NCBI GenBank assembly: GCA_965112735.1 | Contig: OZ218952.1 | Span: 2,418,001 to 2,482,000 of the forward strand | DNA length: 64,000 nucleotides | Direction: 5' to 3' | Source: Phaeosaccion multiseriatum | Lineage: Eukaryota > Protista > Ochrophyta, other classes | Shown: positions 14,235 to 35,132 of the stretch, one piece after another | How positions within the stretch are numbered: the stretch's first letter is position 1 | Layout of the letters: every line of letters begins with the position of its first letter | Notes under the pieces: generated by a model | Told to the model about the DNA's origin: nothing | Databases searched by the model: none | Seen by the model: only the letters and a program-made list of their open reading frames with translations | Made by a program: the position numbers and the translations under genes

Positions 14235-14416
14235 CTGCTGCCGCTGCAACCCTCCCCCTTCTCCCCAGCCTTGACCTCCTGGGCAAGGCCTTCCTCCTGC
14301 TCGCTGGCTGGGCCATACAGGGCCTCTGCTAATGGAAGCTTGGATAGAAGAGTGCTGGGCTTCCGTCGCCGGCCTTTGCCTTTGTTGCATCGACTCGTCC
14401 GCCTCGCTGTCACCAT
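7321..14416 (-). CDS. Large low-complexity protein with degenerate EF-hand motifs (EFCAB-like), multi-exon
   Basis: Approximate exons 14416-12082, 11809-10688, 10148-10080, 9854-9628, 9258-9200 and 8030-7321. Motifs FVDPDSSTTVTREEF, LEEYLLHNKLKLVDLFR, LDSYLRKVRLRLIDL, and ELESLVQYLDLASRG|WVTLVELKQGM joined across a GT-AG intron. Confidence 0.7.
7604..7827. repeat. (CCT)n tract, in frame as poly-Gly in the last exon of the EF-hand gene
   Basis: Seen directly; ORF 7321-8052 stays open across it. Confidence 0.9.
8172..9172. repeat. About 1 kb uninterrupted (CCT)n microsatellite, intronic
   Basis: Seen directly. Confidence 0.95.
10010..10062. repeat. 11-bp tandem repeat (CAAGCCGTTMA), about 4-5 copies, intronic
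   Basis: Seen directly. Confidence 0.8.
10385..10483. repeat. 33-bp minisatellite, about 3 copies (CACGGAATG..AAGC.AGTA.GAGAGAAAGCC), intronic
   Basis: Seen directly. Confidence 0.85.
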
Positions 14417-14781
14417 TGTTGCTTGGCTCGAGCCCCTTCGGCTCCTCTGAGCGTTCCTAAGACCCTCGTGCTATTCGGCTTGATGGCCTCCTATAGCCAG
14501 GAAGGGGGAGAAGAGGAAGGGAAAGGGGAGAGAGATCGCCCGAAAAATTACTATTAGGCATTTGGCCGTTTCAGAATCGTTTCAAGGGAGAATTATAATT
14601 GACTTATTCACACCTAAGAAACTGAAAGTGTTTCCGGGGCCCTTGAGGGGCCGGTGCAGGACAGCAAGTTGAGGACAGCTCCTAACGCGTTTTTTCGGCT
14701 GCAGCTGACGAGACGGCGAAGTCTGGTCAGGACGTGGCCCTTGGTGGTGCCCCTTCTCCCCCTCTTCTTTCCTTACTACTA

Positions 14782-15200
14782 TCGGCCCCGTGCACGCCTA
14801 GCGGCCTAGGCTCTAGGCCGCTAGGCCGCTCGGCCTTCGGCCGAAATAGGCCTAGGCCGGCGGCCTCCGGCCGCTCTAGGCCGCTCACTTTTCAGCCCTA
14901 GGCGGTCTATAGCCCGCCTCTAGGCAGGCAGCCTCCCAGTGACCGTGGGCGCGTGCGTGGTGCCGCCCAGCCAGTGGGTAGCAGCACACCTGTAGGCCTG
15001 CACTCCTCGTAGGGCCAGCGAGGCGGAAAGAGACAACACGAACCAAGTCAAGTCTACTCCTCCCTTTTCCTTAACATTGGCTTAAAACTGACGACACTTG
15101 GGCGGGTTCCGGGCCAGCCCAGGGGCATATAGTTGGCGTCTCCCCTAGGCCGGGCAATTTTCCAAAATAGGCCTAGGCCGCTAGGCGTGCACGGGGCCGA
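14782..15200. mobile_element. 419-bp MITE with 30-bp perfect TIRs and 6-bp TSD
   Basis: TIR TCGGCCCCGTGCACGCCTAGCGGCCTAGGC (14782-14811 / 15171-15200). TSD CTACTA (14776-14781 / 15201-15206). Internal CTAGGCC repeats; no ORF. Confidence 0.92.
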
Positions 15201-15254
15201 CTACTACTCCTACTGCTACTACTACTACTACTACTACTACTCCTACTACTACTG

Positions 15255-15319
<65 letters not shown>

Positions 15320-15338
15320 GCTACTACTACTACTACTG

Positions 15339-15423
<85 letters not shown>

Positions 15424-15441
15424 CACTACTACTACCACTAC
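15201..15441. repeat. (CTA)n microsatellite abutting the MITE right end
   Basis: Seen directly. Confidence 0.95.
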
Positions 15442-15459
15442 TCCTCCCCCTCTCGGTTC

Positions 15460-17216
15460 TTAGCCGCCTGAAGCCTGCACTGATCGCAGAGCGACCAAAT
15501 CTTCTGTGACGAGAGGCTGCTGTGCGATGGCGCGAAGAGCCTGTTCAGCGACCTTGTCCTTGAAGCGCTGCATATGCCTGCGTTCATCCAGCAAGGTCTG
15601 CAGCACGAGCGCCTGCTCCTCCTCCACCGAGGCGAGGTTAATGCCCATACGCAGCCGCTGCCGATGAATCCACGACTTGGCCTTTCTCTTCTGAGCTTCC
15701 AAGTGGGCTTGGGCTTGGACATACGCTCTTTCAAGCTGTTCGCGCTGCCTCTCTGCCATTCGGGCTTTCTCGGACATACCAGCTGCTATTCCATCATATC
15801 CCCTATCCCCACCTCCTCTTCCTCCTCCTCCTCCGGCGAAGGAAGACGAAGTTGAAGAGGGTAGCAACCCGACTGTGGGGGTGATGACCGGGGCGGTATG
15901 AACCAGACGAGACTGCTTCTCCTTGCTCAGCCAGGGTGCGCTCTCTGCTGGCGAGGCAGCACCACCGGCGCTCGCAGAGGCAGCAGCAGCAGCAGCGGCG
16001 GCGGCAGACTGAACCATCCTACTACCCCCCCCCCTCGGCCCCAGCTTTGCATCGAGGATGGCGCGCTGCTGAGCCACGCTTTGGTGCAGCTGTCGCTCGT
16101 GAACCTGCCACTCCGAGTCCAGGCGGCGCAGCTGCAAGCCGATGGCGTGATCCAAGTGAAAGTGCTCATACTCCGCCCACCGTTGCTTCATGCCGAGCCG
16201 CATCATCTCCTCGAGTGCGGCAAAGTTTCCGACATGAATGTCCTCGGCAGAAAGAGAAGCAGTTGTCACGCGAGGGTTGAAGAGAGCATCGCTGGCGCTG
16301 CCCCCACTGGTATAGCTGTTGCCACTGCAGCAGCTACTGTTGCCGCTACTACTCCCACTACCGCTCCTCTTTAGGCTCGGCCTGCCACTGCCGCCGCTGC
16401 TCTTGTACGCGTCTCCACGGGCCAAGTCAAAAGAGGGGTGAGGAGGGAGCGGGCGAGTGGACGAGGGCAGAAGCGCGGGGCTTTCACCGTCAGACCTTCT
16501 TCCTCTGCCTCTACTACTGCTCCTGCTTCCGCCACTACCATTACTACTACTGCTACTATTATTGCTGCTGCTGCTGCTGCTGCTGCTACCACTACTCCCT
16601 CGCACTATCTTCTCTCTCTCCACCCGCTGCTTCTCGAGCAAGTCCCTCCAACTCTTTTGCCTGCGCTGACCCTGAATGCGAAAGTGGCGCTCAGTTTCTA
16701 CTGCCAGTAGGCTGTCTATCTTCTTGCTCAGCATTTCGGGGCTGTGCATTGCGGCTGCGGTTCTTGCATTCAGCCCGGAAGCCGCCATAGCGAGGGCGGA
16801 CGGTGCCGATCCTCCTCTCCGCGCAGCAGCCTCCTCCCTCCGCATAAGGTCCACGAGCTGGGCTGAGTACTTCGATTCATACTGTATCACGAGAGCGAAT
16901 GGAATGAGGGCAAGAGTAATTGGCACAATTAGTAGGGGGAAGAAATAGCAACAACCCCCCCCCGTCGTAGAGGCTCAGTAGAGTAAGGAAGGCCTTCTTA
17001 TTCTTTCGGCATGCGGCAGGTACGTCTATCAATCCTCCTGCTCATCTTATCACGGATAAAGAGAGACAGATAGACAGACGGCAGAAAAAAAAGGGGTCGC
17101 CAGATCCTCCCACTCACGGGCGTGCTTTCAAGTATAGCCTCCAGTCTGCGCCTCTGCTGCTCGTGCGTGACCCTTAGGGTCTCGAGTCGCTCCTGTGCGC
17201 TTCTCCGGGTTGCCAT
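15460..17216 (-). CDS. Hypothetical coiled-coil protein, 2 exons (about 17216-17118 and 16881-15460)
   Basis: MATRRSAQERLETL..ESTP|YESKYSAQLVDL.. joined in frame by a GT-AG intron. Long ORF with helical E/Q/R/K-rich segments. Confidence 0.65.
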
Positions 17217-17398
17217 GGCCTCCTCTACGGCCTCCCGCGTCTTCAGCTCTGTGCGAGGTCTCGCCGCCCTCGGACAATTCCGTAACCTCCTTTTTGGGGC
17301 GGGATGAAAAAGCGGGAAGGAGACGACACAGGCTCCTTCCCTCAAGAGGATTGTGTGCGCCTTGTGATCATGCCCAGTGTATAAAACAGGGGGTGGAG

Positions 17399-24396
<6,998 letters not shown>

Positions 24397-24737
24397 AAGA
24401 CGGAGCACCACAAGCTACAGAGCACCCTCATCATCACCTTCGGTCATGTCGACATGATAAAAGAACATAAAGCCAGCCGTAAACCCCTTCATTCAACTGA
24501 AATTGGTATTAACTCCCTCTCTTGTCCGCCCCCACTCCTCCCCCATTCTCCAGTCTTCTATCGTGGGCTCAGCACAAGGGGACCACACGAAAGCAGCCCC
24601 TGCCCCCCCGCCGGCAGCTTGGCCTTCCAAGACGTCGAAGCTGCTGTTTACCACCACCACCGCTACCACCACCTCCTCCTCCCCCTCTTCCTCTCTAGTC
24701 CCTCCCTCACCCACTCGCAATCAATCCCCCTCTTCCC

Positions 24738-25422
24738 TCAATCCTCCTCCTCGTCGTCCTCCATAGCCCCATCATCAGCATCTCCTTCGTCGTCTGCAGC
24801 CCCTTCATCATCCTCGTCGGCTTCAGCTTCGGTGGCCCTCGGGGGCGTGGCACCGCCCTCCCTCACGGCTTTCTCCTCCTCCCCCGTTGCCTTGGCTCTC
24901 TTGGCTGCCTGCTCCGCCTCCTGCTCCTCCAAGTGCTGCTGAAGCATTTGCTCCTGCATCTCTTGCTGCTGCACCACCGAGTGATGTGCGTGAAGTGCCA
25001 TCTGCGCCATTTGGTGCACCACCGTTCCCAAGTGCGTCACTCCGCTCACCTCCAGCACCTCCCCCTGAGGGCGGCCCCCGGTGGGTCGTTGAGTGGGGTG
25101 TCGCTCCCCAATCACAAGTTGCAGCTTGGACGGGCGCTTCAGGAGCTGGGAGAAGGTGGGGGACAGCTCGTAGCAGTTCTCAAAGAGGCTCGTCCGGCAA
25201 AACACATAGAGCCTGAGTGAGATGAGCGAGAGAGCGACAAAAGGAGAGGAAAGGGACGGCGTGTGTGTGATATCAGGACAAGGGTGGGCAGGAGCGACAA
25301 CGGACATGTTGTTGCGTTGTGGTCAGGACGAAGGGTGTGAAACACAGCAAGAGGTAGGAGGAAGGGATAAATCAAGAGAGGGAGAGAGAGATGGGCGGTG
25401 CCTTATCATGGCTCCTACCCGC

Positions 25423-25456
<34 letters not shown>

Positions 25457-28400
25457 CACACACACTTACCCTAATCTCGCTCGAGACATGGCCACCACAA
25501 GACGCCTCACGTCCCTCAGATGCCCCACTGACTTGGTCCGCACCAGCGACAGCAGCACGTAGTCGTTCTGCTGCCCCTGGTATCGATCCACCGTCGTCAC
25601 CCTGGCAGGCATGCCAAACAGTGGCGAGTTTTGGCAGCGCTGAGACAGCACGTCTCGGATCAGCATCTTCTGGCCATTGTAGGTGGCGAGGATGGTAATC
25701 TTCTCCGCGGGGTAGCCCTGCAGCCGCATGTACTGGTACATGGCCACCGCCATCTCGGCCTCGCCCAAGTTTTGGTAAAAGTGCGGCGTTGGCGTGAACT
25801 CCCCCTGTCCCTGAAAGTCGGGGACATCAATGGCCTGATACTCCAGCGCAAGCCCACCATTCGCTCGCGTGTAGTCTGCCGCCCGACTAGCCCCTGCCGT
25901 CGCCGCCCCTGCCCCTGCCGCGTCCAGTCCTCGCACCACGGGGAGATCACCGAGGGCATCGTATCTCCAGCTGTAGAGGGCAGAGATGGAGGGCCGGGCT
26001 CTTCCCTGCGCGTTGAGCTGCACAGCAGGGGTGCCCAGGCGGATGAAGCGAGTGAAGAGAGACTGGTCCAGCTTGGAGTATTTCTGAAAGGCCATGGACT
26101 TGACCACGGGTGGCAGCTGATGGTGGTCCCCAATGAGCACCACCCGCTTTAGCCGGCAGCCCTCTACCTTGTCCACCTCCTGTGGTTATGAAAGTGGGAA
26201 TGTGATGGCGAGAGAGGGGAGAAAGAGAGAGAGAGGCGATGGTAATGGACGGTAATGAGTGTCGTGTGATGTGGGTGGGTGATGATGGGATATGTGTGTA
26301 CGAGTGGGCGCATAGGCGAGCATCGCAAACGATACGATGCAAAAGCAAGCGCCACATAAAAACCATACGACACACACCACAACGCGCACCACACCCACAC
26401 GCACGCACCCACACGCACGCACCTGCAGCATCATGGGGATGAACGTCTCCACCTCAAGGATCTGCGCGGACTCCTCCATGATGAGGGAGTCATACTTGAA
26501 GCCGAGCCCCACGAGCTTGCGCCGCATCAGGGCGGCATGTGTACACGTCATGGCCACCACACGGGCCTGGCGGGGGGAGGCAGGGGGGGGGGAGGGAGAG
26601 GGAGGGAGAGAGAGTTAGAGAGAGAGAGTGAGTGAGATAGAGAGGAAGAGCAGGCTACCCGCTACTCCACACAGACCATCACCTGATCACAAAGAGATCT
26701 TTCCTCCCTCCCTCCCCCTCTCTTCTTCTCTCACCTGCTTGGTGAGCAAGTAATCCGCTCTGGCCCCCATGGTCCTGAGCAGCTCGAAGGCCCTATAGTC
26801 CGCCAGCTCCTCGAACAGCCCCGCCAGGTGCTTGTAACACCCCTTGGCCACCTCCAGGTCTGCCTGCAGGTCCTCCCCACGGAAGAGGGGCTGCCCCGGC
26901 GCGTTGGAGAAGAACTCCTTGAAGGGAAACAGCTCCTGCACTAACCCCGCGTGTGCGTGTCCCTGCTCCTTCTTCCTCGTCGCACTCCTCTTGCCCCCCC
27001 CACCCCCTTGGGCCTGGGCTTGTGCCTGTGCCATCTCTGCCTCGAATCGCTCAATTCTCGAGGTGACGTGAAAGAGCTTGAAATACTCCGCCGTCTCGCA
27101 CGTGTCCCCCACATCCCCCTCCACCCCAATGCTCCTCGCCAGGCGCTGTACCTCCTCCAACAGCTTCAAGCGGCGTGCGAGTGTGTAATTCACTCGACCC
27201 CACTTGGAAAAGTCTCTCCCTGACTCCGCCCTCAACTCCTTCTCACCCGCACCCAGTCGGATCAAATGCCGTTCGTCAAAGTCACGCTCCAGCAGCTTCT
27301 CAAAGAGATCGTTCAAGGCGGCGTTACTGTGGGCCACCAGTAGCATGCGCTGCCCCGGGAAGCTGTGGTAAATGTTGCAGATGATCTGCACAGCCACGTC
27401 GGTCTTTCCCGTACCGGGCGGCCCGACGATCATGGTGAGGCCGGGATTCATGCCGCTGCGAATGGCCTCGAGCTGCACGGGTGTGAAGCGCACCTTGTTC
27501 TGATTGGGAATGTCCTCCGGGTAAGGGCCCGGGTGCGGCATGCGATAAGGCCGCACCTCCACCACCTCCCCCTCTCCTTCCTCCGCCCCTCCCTCTGGAG
27601 CACCACCACCAGCCGAACCTGATGACACCGCCCCCTCCTCCTTCTTCTTGGGAGTGCCCCTGAACGACAGCTTGAAGGGCGGGGAAGGCACAGCATCGTC
27701 GTCGCCACCCATGGGCAGCGCATTCCCCTCCTCGTCCTGGAACACTACCTTTGTGTCTGGGAAAGCCTCCTTGACGTGTTGTGCATCGAGCAATGTGTCT
27801 CGAAAGTCCACCCCCGAAGTAAGCTGCCCCGCCTTGGGCAAGCTCCGATAGTGAGCCCCTGCAGGGTCTCCATAGCCCAGGAAAATGTCATGCAGCCAGG
27901 GGGGCACACTCCGCCCCACTGCGGCGGTGTTCATGAGGTCCCGGATGGTCTCGAGAATGCCCTTGAAGTTGTTCTCCTTTGCTTTGCGGCGAATCACCAG
28001 GTTGAACTGGTCATAGCACTCGTTGCCAGACTGCATATCCGCGTGGTACTGGGCGGCGTCGAGGCGTCCACGGAGGGTGCGCTTGTTTCCCTTGGCAAAG
28101 GGCCGGTCGGGCTGTGTGTGTGGGGGGGGTGGGAGGAGGGAGAGAGCGAGCGAGATGTCAGGGGGTTCAGGGGGTGGGGAGGTGAGTGTTTAGAGGCGCA
28201 TGGAAGAAGGAAAAAAGGGCAAAATGGGGGGAGGGGCAGGGGGGCTGACGCCCACATTCAAAATACCTTCCTCCCCAACGCGTTCTCACGTATGGTTTCG
28301 TCCCTCTCACTCCTTCCCTCCCTCCCTCACTCTCTTTCACTCATTCACCCCCTTTCACTCACTCATTCACTCACTCACCCACTTCCTCCCTCCCTCATTC

Positions 28401-31400
28401 ATCCACTCCATCCCTCTATCCCTTCCTCATTCCCACACTCACCTTGGTGGGGTCGTTCATGACGTTATCCTCCTCGTCCCTCTGCTCGTACACCTCCATG
28501 CCCCGCACCGCCACGACCCCGTACATACCACAAAAGTCCTCGTGCTGCTCTCCTCCTCGCCTCTTCTTGTGGTCACCACCTCCACCCTTGTTGTGCAGCT
28601 GCTGCTGCTGCTCCATCGACATGTAGGCTTCGCCCCCTCCACGCTTGGGCCCCACTATGCTCACCAGAAACACGATATCGTGCTCCCGGAGGTTGTCCCA
28701 CTCCTCACGAACGTCGCCTCGGAACCCGTTGACGCTGAATTCGACCTCTGCCTTGACTTGTGCAGGCACTCTCTCCCCCAAGAGAGGCTCCTTCACCTCC
28801 CGAATGGAGAAGCGAGCCGCAGGAGCAGCCATCCTCGCCCAGCCATCAAACTTGGTGGCATTGACAGGCACTGCAATGCCCTGGTCCTGCGCCTCCGCGG
28901 CAATAAAGTGGTCCACAGTGGGGTTCATCCTGGTAATGGCGTCTACCAAGTCGTCTCTAATCTCGTAGGCGCTCTCCAGCCGAAAGAGGTTAAAGTTACG
29001 CAGCAGGTAGTCGTGGAAAGTGAGGAACTGCAGATTGAGCTTCGGAAGGGCCATGACCTGCCCTCCGTAGAACTGCCCCAAGGGCACGAGGTTGGCGTCC
29101 CACAGCAGCGCCTCAGAGGGCATGATGGGCGTAGCGTTGATTTGCTGCAAATGGCTGTCTCTCCTGGCAAAGTGGTTCACCAGCATCTCCAGGACAAGCG
29201 CTGGCGACGACGACTCTGATGCTGACACCAGCGCTCCTCCTCCTCCTCCTCCTCCTCCTCCTCCTCCTCCACCACCACCACCACCACCGCCGCCACCATT
29301 CCCCTGCTGCTGCACCAGCTTCAGACGCTCGCCGATTTCGATTAGCGTTTCTGTCGGAAGAGCCCCTAGTGTCTCCAGCAGATAGGCCCTCTGACCCGCC
29401 GCGGCGATGCTCGCAAACGGTAGCTCTGGCAGGACCTGTTGGTAATACTTAAAGGCCAGGCGCTGCAGCAGGTGCATGTTGGTGTAGTGCTCACTCATAA
29501 CGTCGTGATCTGTAAGGGGGGCGCCCGTTTGGTCATTGATCTCGAAGCGCAGGTAGAATTTGAGCATGTCCAGCAGTTGACAGAATAAGCGCCCCTGCAG
29601 CAGCGTAGGAGGAGGAGAGAGAGGGGGGAGGGATGGGGGGAGGAGGAGGAGGTGGAGGAAAGAGTTGTTAATACCCGCACGGAGATAAGAAAGGAGAGGA
29701 GAGAGGAAACAAGAGAAGGGAATCAAAGAAAGGGAAAATGACATAAAAGTCCCTCGCCCCCCCCCCCTCGCAATTACCAATCCACGTGTGGCTCGAGCTC
29801 ACACACATATACTCACTCACACACACGAAGTCACACACACACACACACACGAAGTCGCACACACACACACACACACACAATCACACACACCTGCCCCTTT
29901 CTCCTGGCCAGAGCGCTGAGAGAGCAACGCTCCGCCACGCCCATGTCGAGCAGCACCACCCTTAGGAAACGCCTTGTGGGCAGCTGGCAGAGAAGGTCAA
30001 TGAGCAGCTCCAGGCAGCGCTCGCAGAAGCGCACTTCCTCCACCTCCTGCCGCTTCTCCTGACTTGTCAGCGCGGGTTTCTTCTTCGTCTTCTTCTTCTG
30101 CTGCTGCTCTCCCCCCTCTCCGCCCTCCCCCTCCTCCTCCACCACATCCTCCTCATCCTCCTCCCCTTGTGGCGCGTGAAAGCCCTCCGCCACCTTGAGG
30201 AAGCTCCTGACCAGCGCGGGGACGAAGGTTGACTCATACTTCTCCAAGCCACTCGTCGCCACATCGGCACCATCACCATCGGCACCTCCTTCTCCCGCCG
30301 CCCTTCGCGCCTGCAAGACCTGCCAGTGCCTCTGCAGCTGCGGATAAGCAGCCAGCTCCAGACGCAGCCTTCCGGGCTTCAACGCCGCCCACAGAGGTAG
30401 CGAGAAGAGCCGCAACACACTGGCCCGCACGGCAGGCTGCTCCAAGCTCTGCCCCACGTTGATGAAGAAGCGAATCAAATGTGTGCGCTCAAGCATGCTT
30501 AATGACTCCTTCTTCTTCTTGTCCTTGTCCTTGTCTCCGGTGTCATCCCCCTCCCCATCCGCCACATAGAGGCCCAGCACCGCTTCGAGAAAGACGGCGA
30601 ATACCGCGGCAGGTGACGAAACCGCCTTGTTCGCAGCTGTGGTCTCCTCCCCACCACCCTCTTCTCCTCCCTTCCCTCCGATGCCAATCGCCGCCCACAC
30701 ATCATTCCCTTGGCTAAACTTCTCATTGAGCATGAGCACCACACTCATCACGTGTGCCTTGCCCCTCTTGCCCCCCTTCTTGGTGGTAGCAGTACCAGCA
30801 AAGTTTGGCCAGAGGTAGTTCTCCAGATAGCAGCTGAACTCCAACAGCTGCAATCGAGCGGATGCCATCTCAGACCGTTGCTGGTGCTGGTGCTGCTGTC
30901 CACTCTCCCCACCGCCCCCGTCCAGCTCTTCGCGGTAGATCTTCTCCACCTGAATTCATAGAGAGGGGACGCATTCATTTGTTTGTTTCGTGTCAGGTAG
31001 GGCCGCAGTCAGACGGGAGGGGCTGAAAGACAAAGCAAGCGGATGACAGTGAAGAGCAGAGCAGAGAAAGGGAAAGGCGGGGCCTTCTTGAAATAGACGC
31101 ACAGAACTGCATATCGAGCACTGAGCAGAGTTCCCCAAGTAGGCAACTTCTCCCTTGCTAGTTCTATCCTCATATCCTCACGTCCTCCCCCCTCCCCCAC
31201 CCTCCAGTCACCCCCTCCCCCTTCTCTCCTCTCGCCCCTCGCCCGCTGTTGCACGTCATATCCTAACGCCCCCCCCCCCCTCTCCTTTCCTTTCGCCCCT
31301 CGCCTCCTCGCTCACCAACTCGGGCTTGAACGTCCGAGTCTTTGCAGTCGTGCTCGCCGGTGCCCAGTTCTCATTCGCGACTGCAGTGAGGCTGTCGGTG

Positions 31401-32209
31401 AGAATCTCAGACACTGTGGGTGCAGGACCTCCCACACGCTTCCTCTTCTTGCCACCGTCCTGCTGCTGGCCCGGAGGAGGCCCCGGGGGCGGTCCCGGGA
31501 CCTGCCCAGGGAAGAGCTGTGGCTGGAGCGAGTTGCCCATTGGGTACATGGGAGCCACCTGCTGCTGCTGCTTGAACGAGCCTGTCCCTGTCCCTGCCCC
31601 GCGGCCTCCTCCACCGCCACGCCCCCCTCGCCCTCCTCCTCGCCCTCCTCCTCGCCCTCCCCCTGATCCTCGCCCACCACCTCGCCCGCCACCTCTGGTA
31701 CTTCCCTTACCCCCCCGGCCCCTCGTACTGCCTTTCCCCTTCGCTGGGCTGGGCTTGTACGTTGCTTTCGCGTCGGTGCCGTCAGCAGCAGGAGTAGTGG
31801 CACTGTCATCAGCAGTATTATCATCTCCTTCGCTCGCGTCGGCTGTAGCTTCTCCTGCTGCTGCAGCGCCGTCGCCGTTGGTGGCTTTGGTCTGTTCCTC
31901 CCCTCCATCCACCTCCATATCTTCGCCCTCTTTGGCTGCAGCTGCCACTGCTACTGCCGGAGACTTTCCCTTTCCCTTGGCCTTCTTCTTCCCCTTCGTC
32001 GGTGTTTCGGTCTCGTCCTCTGCTGGAGCATCGGCCTCACCAGCCTTGGCCGGAGGTGGGGACGGGGCAGGATCTTCGCCCGCCTCCGATGCATCAGCAG
32101 TCGCTGTGCCTGCCGCCGATTCTTCCCCCTCCTCCTTCTTCTTCTTCCCCGAGGTGGCAGCACGGCCACCGCTCTTCCTTCGCCCCCCTCCCTTCTTGGG
32201 GGTAGCCAT
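24738..32209 (-). CDS. AQR: RNA helicase Aquarius (intron-binding protein 160), multi-exon
   Basis: [142 protein letters not shown] and [16 protein letters not shown]. Confidence 0.97.
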
Positions 32210-32481
32210 CGCAGAGAAGATGGAGAGGGGAGAAGACAGGGGGAGGCCCCGGGGGGTAACCTATTTTACTCTTAGGCAATGATATCCCACCATCACGGCC
32301 TCACTGCCTGCCAACCAGTGAATGAAAGGTGAAAGGAAAAATCAAAGTGATTTTTAAATATGGAGACCACCCGCCTTCCAAATGTTCCTCCTCCTGCTCC
32401 CGCAGACGCCGCCGCCGCCGCCGCTGCTGCTGTTGCTGTTGCTCCAGCACCAAGCGGCTGACTGGCTACTGTATCACTGTA

Positions 32482-32876
32482 TCAGCCCAGGTGGTGCTGT
32501 GAGTTCTCGAATAGAAAGCTGAGAATGAAGGCCTGACTTAACAGGGGCTCAATCTCGCCTTCTCCCCACTCCTTCGTGGGCAGTGTTTGCAGAAACATGA
32601 TGACTTCGTGCTCGTCCATCCCCTGCAGGTCTGCGCTAAACTTGCACAGCAGAGCGGCACACCTACATGCACATTCAGGAGTGTGCACAGAGGGACGTAA
32701 GGGAAGAGGAGGAGGAGCGGGAGAAGGAGGAGGAGGAGGAGGAGAAGAGGAGGGAGAGGAGGGAGAGGAGAGGAGAAGGAGGACGACGAAGAGAGTTTAG
32801 GCTCATTGAAGACAAGCCTCGCACGGATCCAAGGGGGGGGGGGGGGTGAAGCGAACCTAGGTTCTTTGTATCAACT

Positions 32877-32911
<35 letters not shown>

Positions 32912-35101
32912 AAAGGATCGGCATCAACAGGGAAGAAGACTCAGTCTTGCCCATATGCCCACTAGATCCATCGATCATGAAGGCACCACAAGGGAGAAAG
33001 AGCTCACATGTACACGTGGAACGACTCGAAGCCGTTCTCCTCCGCGAAGTAGGTGTCCCACGCCCTCACAATGGCGGGGAGGGGAAGCTCCCGCATGAGA
33101 AGGCAGTTCATCCACCGAAAGCCGAACTGCAGAAATTGTACTTTGCACTCCATCAAGTGGTTGAACAGGTTCTCTGTTGACGGGGGAGGGGGAGGGGGAG
33201 GGGAGGGGAGGGGAGGGGAGACAGAATTCAGCACACTTCATTGCCTTCCCGTCGGCTTGAGCATGCGGCCCCATTCCGGCGGTGAAGCAGGCGGGAAGTG
33301 CGGCGGCGGCGGGGGGGGGGGGGGTAGGGCGGGGCTGGGCAAGCAAGCACATGCAAGGCAGGGAGGAAACAAGCCTTCAAACCCAACAAAAAAGAAGCAT
33401 CACTACCACCACTGCTATTTCTTCCTATTACTACTGCTGCTATGACTTTTACTGCCATTACAACCATAGCCATTTCTCCTCTTCCTCTTCCTCCTCCTCC
33501 TGCAGCTGCTGCTGCTCACCGTCGATCCGCTTGACGAGCTCCTCCAACCTGAGCACCATCCGATGGACGCCTTGCTGCATGTTGGTGTAGTGGTCCTGGA
33601 TGTTGTCCAGCAGCTTTGTCAAGCACCAGTACGTGTCGGCCTCCACTTCGTCCTGTTTCGATTTCGATTTTGATTTCCATGTCGATTCGGTTTGGTTGGT
33701 TGGGGGCGTATGTCGAGATTGTCAGAAGGAGAGGGAGGGAGGGGGGGAGAGGGGAGGACGGGGGTGGGGGGACAAAAGCGACGTGGGTCTTTCAGCAAAC
33801 GCGAAGGTCAGGGAGACGTGTCGACCGACAATGACAGGAGAGCACGAGGCGTGTGTCTCAAAATGACAGGATAGTGCCAGCAGTCTGTCTTGTACTGACA
33901 CATGGACGCAAACCCCCACCTTCCCACCTCCCTCCTCCCCCCCTCTCTGCCTGCCTGCCTGTCTGCCTGCCTGCCCTATGCGGCTCTTGAATGTCGAAGA
34001 ACCAACCCCTCCCTTTCCTCACTCCCTCCCTTGACTCACCCCCCTCCTTCACTCACTCACTCACCAGCACGTCTGGCGACAGTTTCGTCGCATCCACCTC
34101 CTCTACCCTCAGCCCCCCCCTCTCTGCCAACACATGCGCTCCCAGAAAGGCCACATACAGAGGCGTGGTCAAGCCGTCGATCCCTTGCACGTAGCCAGTG
34201 GCCGGGTGCCGAATGGCCCATATGTACAACACCCGTTCCATACTTCGCTGAATCAACCCCTGATGAAAGAGCGGCACATCGGGGCTGGCACGTGGCACAT
34301 CCACCAATATTTGTCGCAGGATGGACTGCTCCTGTGAGGTGCGGCTGACGTCGGGAATGTCATAGTACGTGGGGATGGACTCGAGGTATTCGCGCCGCTT
34401 CCGGGCCAGCGTCCAGCTGCGGCGGTCAGCGTTGGCGGGTAGGTAGCCCACGAGTAGCTGCCATACCTTGGCTCGGAAGCGGGAGGGGATGCCGTTCCTG
34501 TTTGGTTGGTGTTTTGGACATTCGTGTGGGATTGAGAGGAGGGGTTGTGTGGGTTGGGTTTGTTGTTGGTTTGTTTGTTTGTTTGTCAGCGTTTCGAGTC
34601 TTTTAGGTAGATCAGTCAAGGTCACCAGCCCAATTGATGTGCCGAGAGGAGAGGACGTGGAGAGAGAGAAGAGTTGAAGCTCGGACACCAAGGCTTGCTA
34701 TCGCCATAACAGATGTGTGAGGGAGCAACACCTCAAGAGACCAGCAGCGAGGTGAGAGCCAAATTCCAAAGTCCCTCGGTTTTCAGCCCGGTAGTACATG
34801 CAGATAGAGAGAGAGAGAGATGGATGATAGACTAGATAGACGAAGCGGATTGCTATTGCAGCTGAAAACCAAGAGTTCAGAGAGAGAGAGAGTGTGGGGT
34901 GGAAGGCTTGCGATCGAGAGGCACACAAGAACACACACACACACACACACACACACTCACCAACTCAGTTTCCGAAGCTCGTCCATCTCTACCACATCTG
35001 CCTCAAGAAGCTTCTCGAACTTCTTTTCCCGATAGCCCACTGTGGGAGCACTGCCTGCCCCCTCTGCTGCCCTCCCGATGTGCCCGCTGCTTCCCTTGCC
35101 A

Positions 35102-35132
<31 letters not shown>

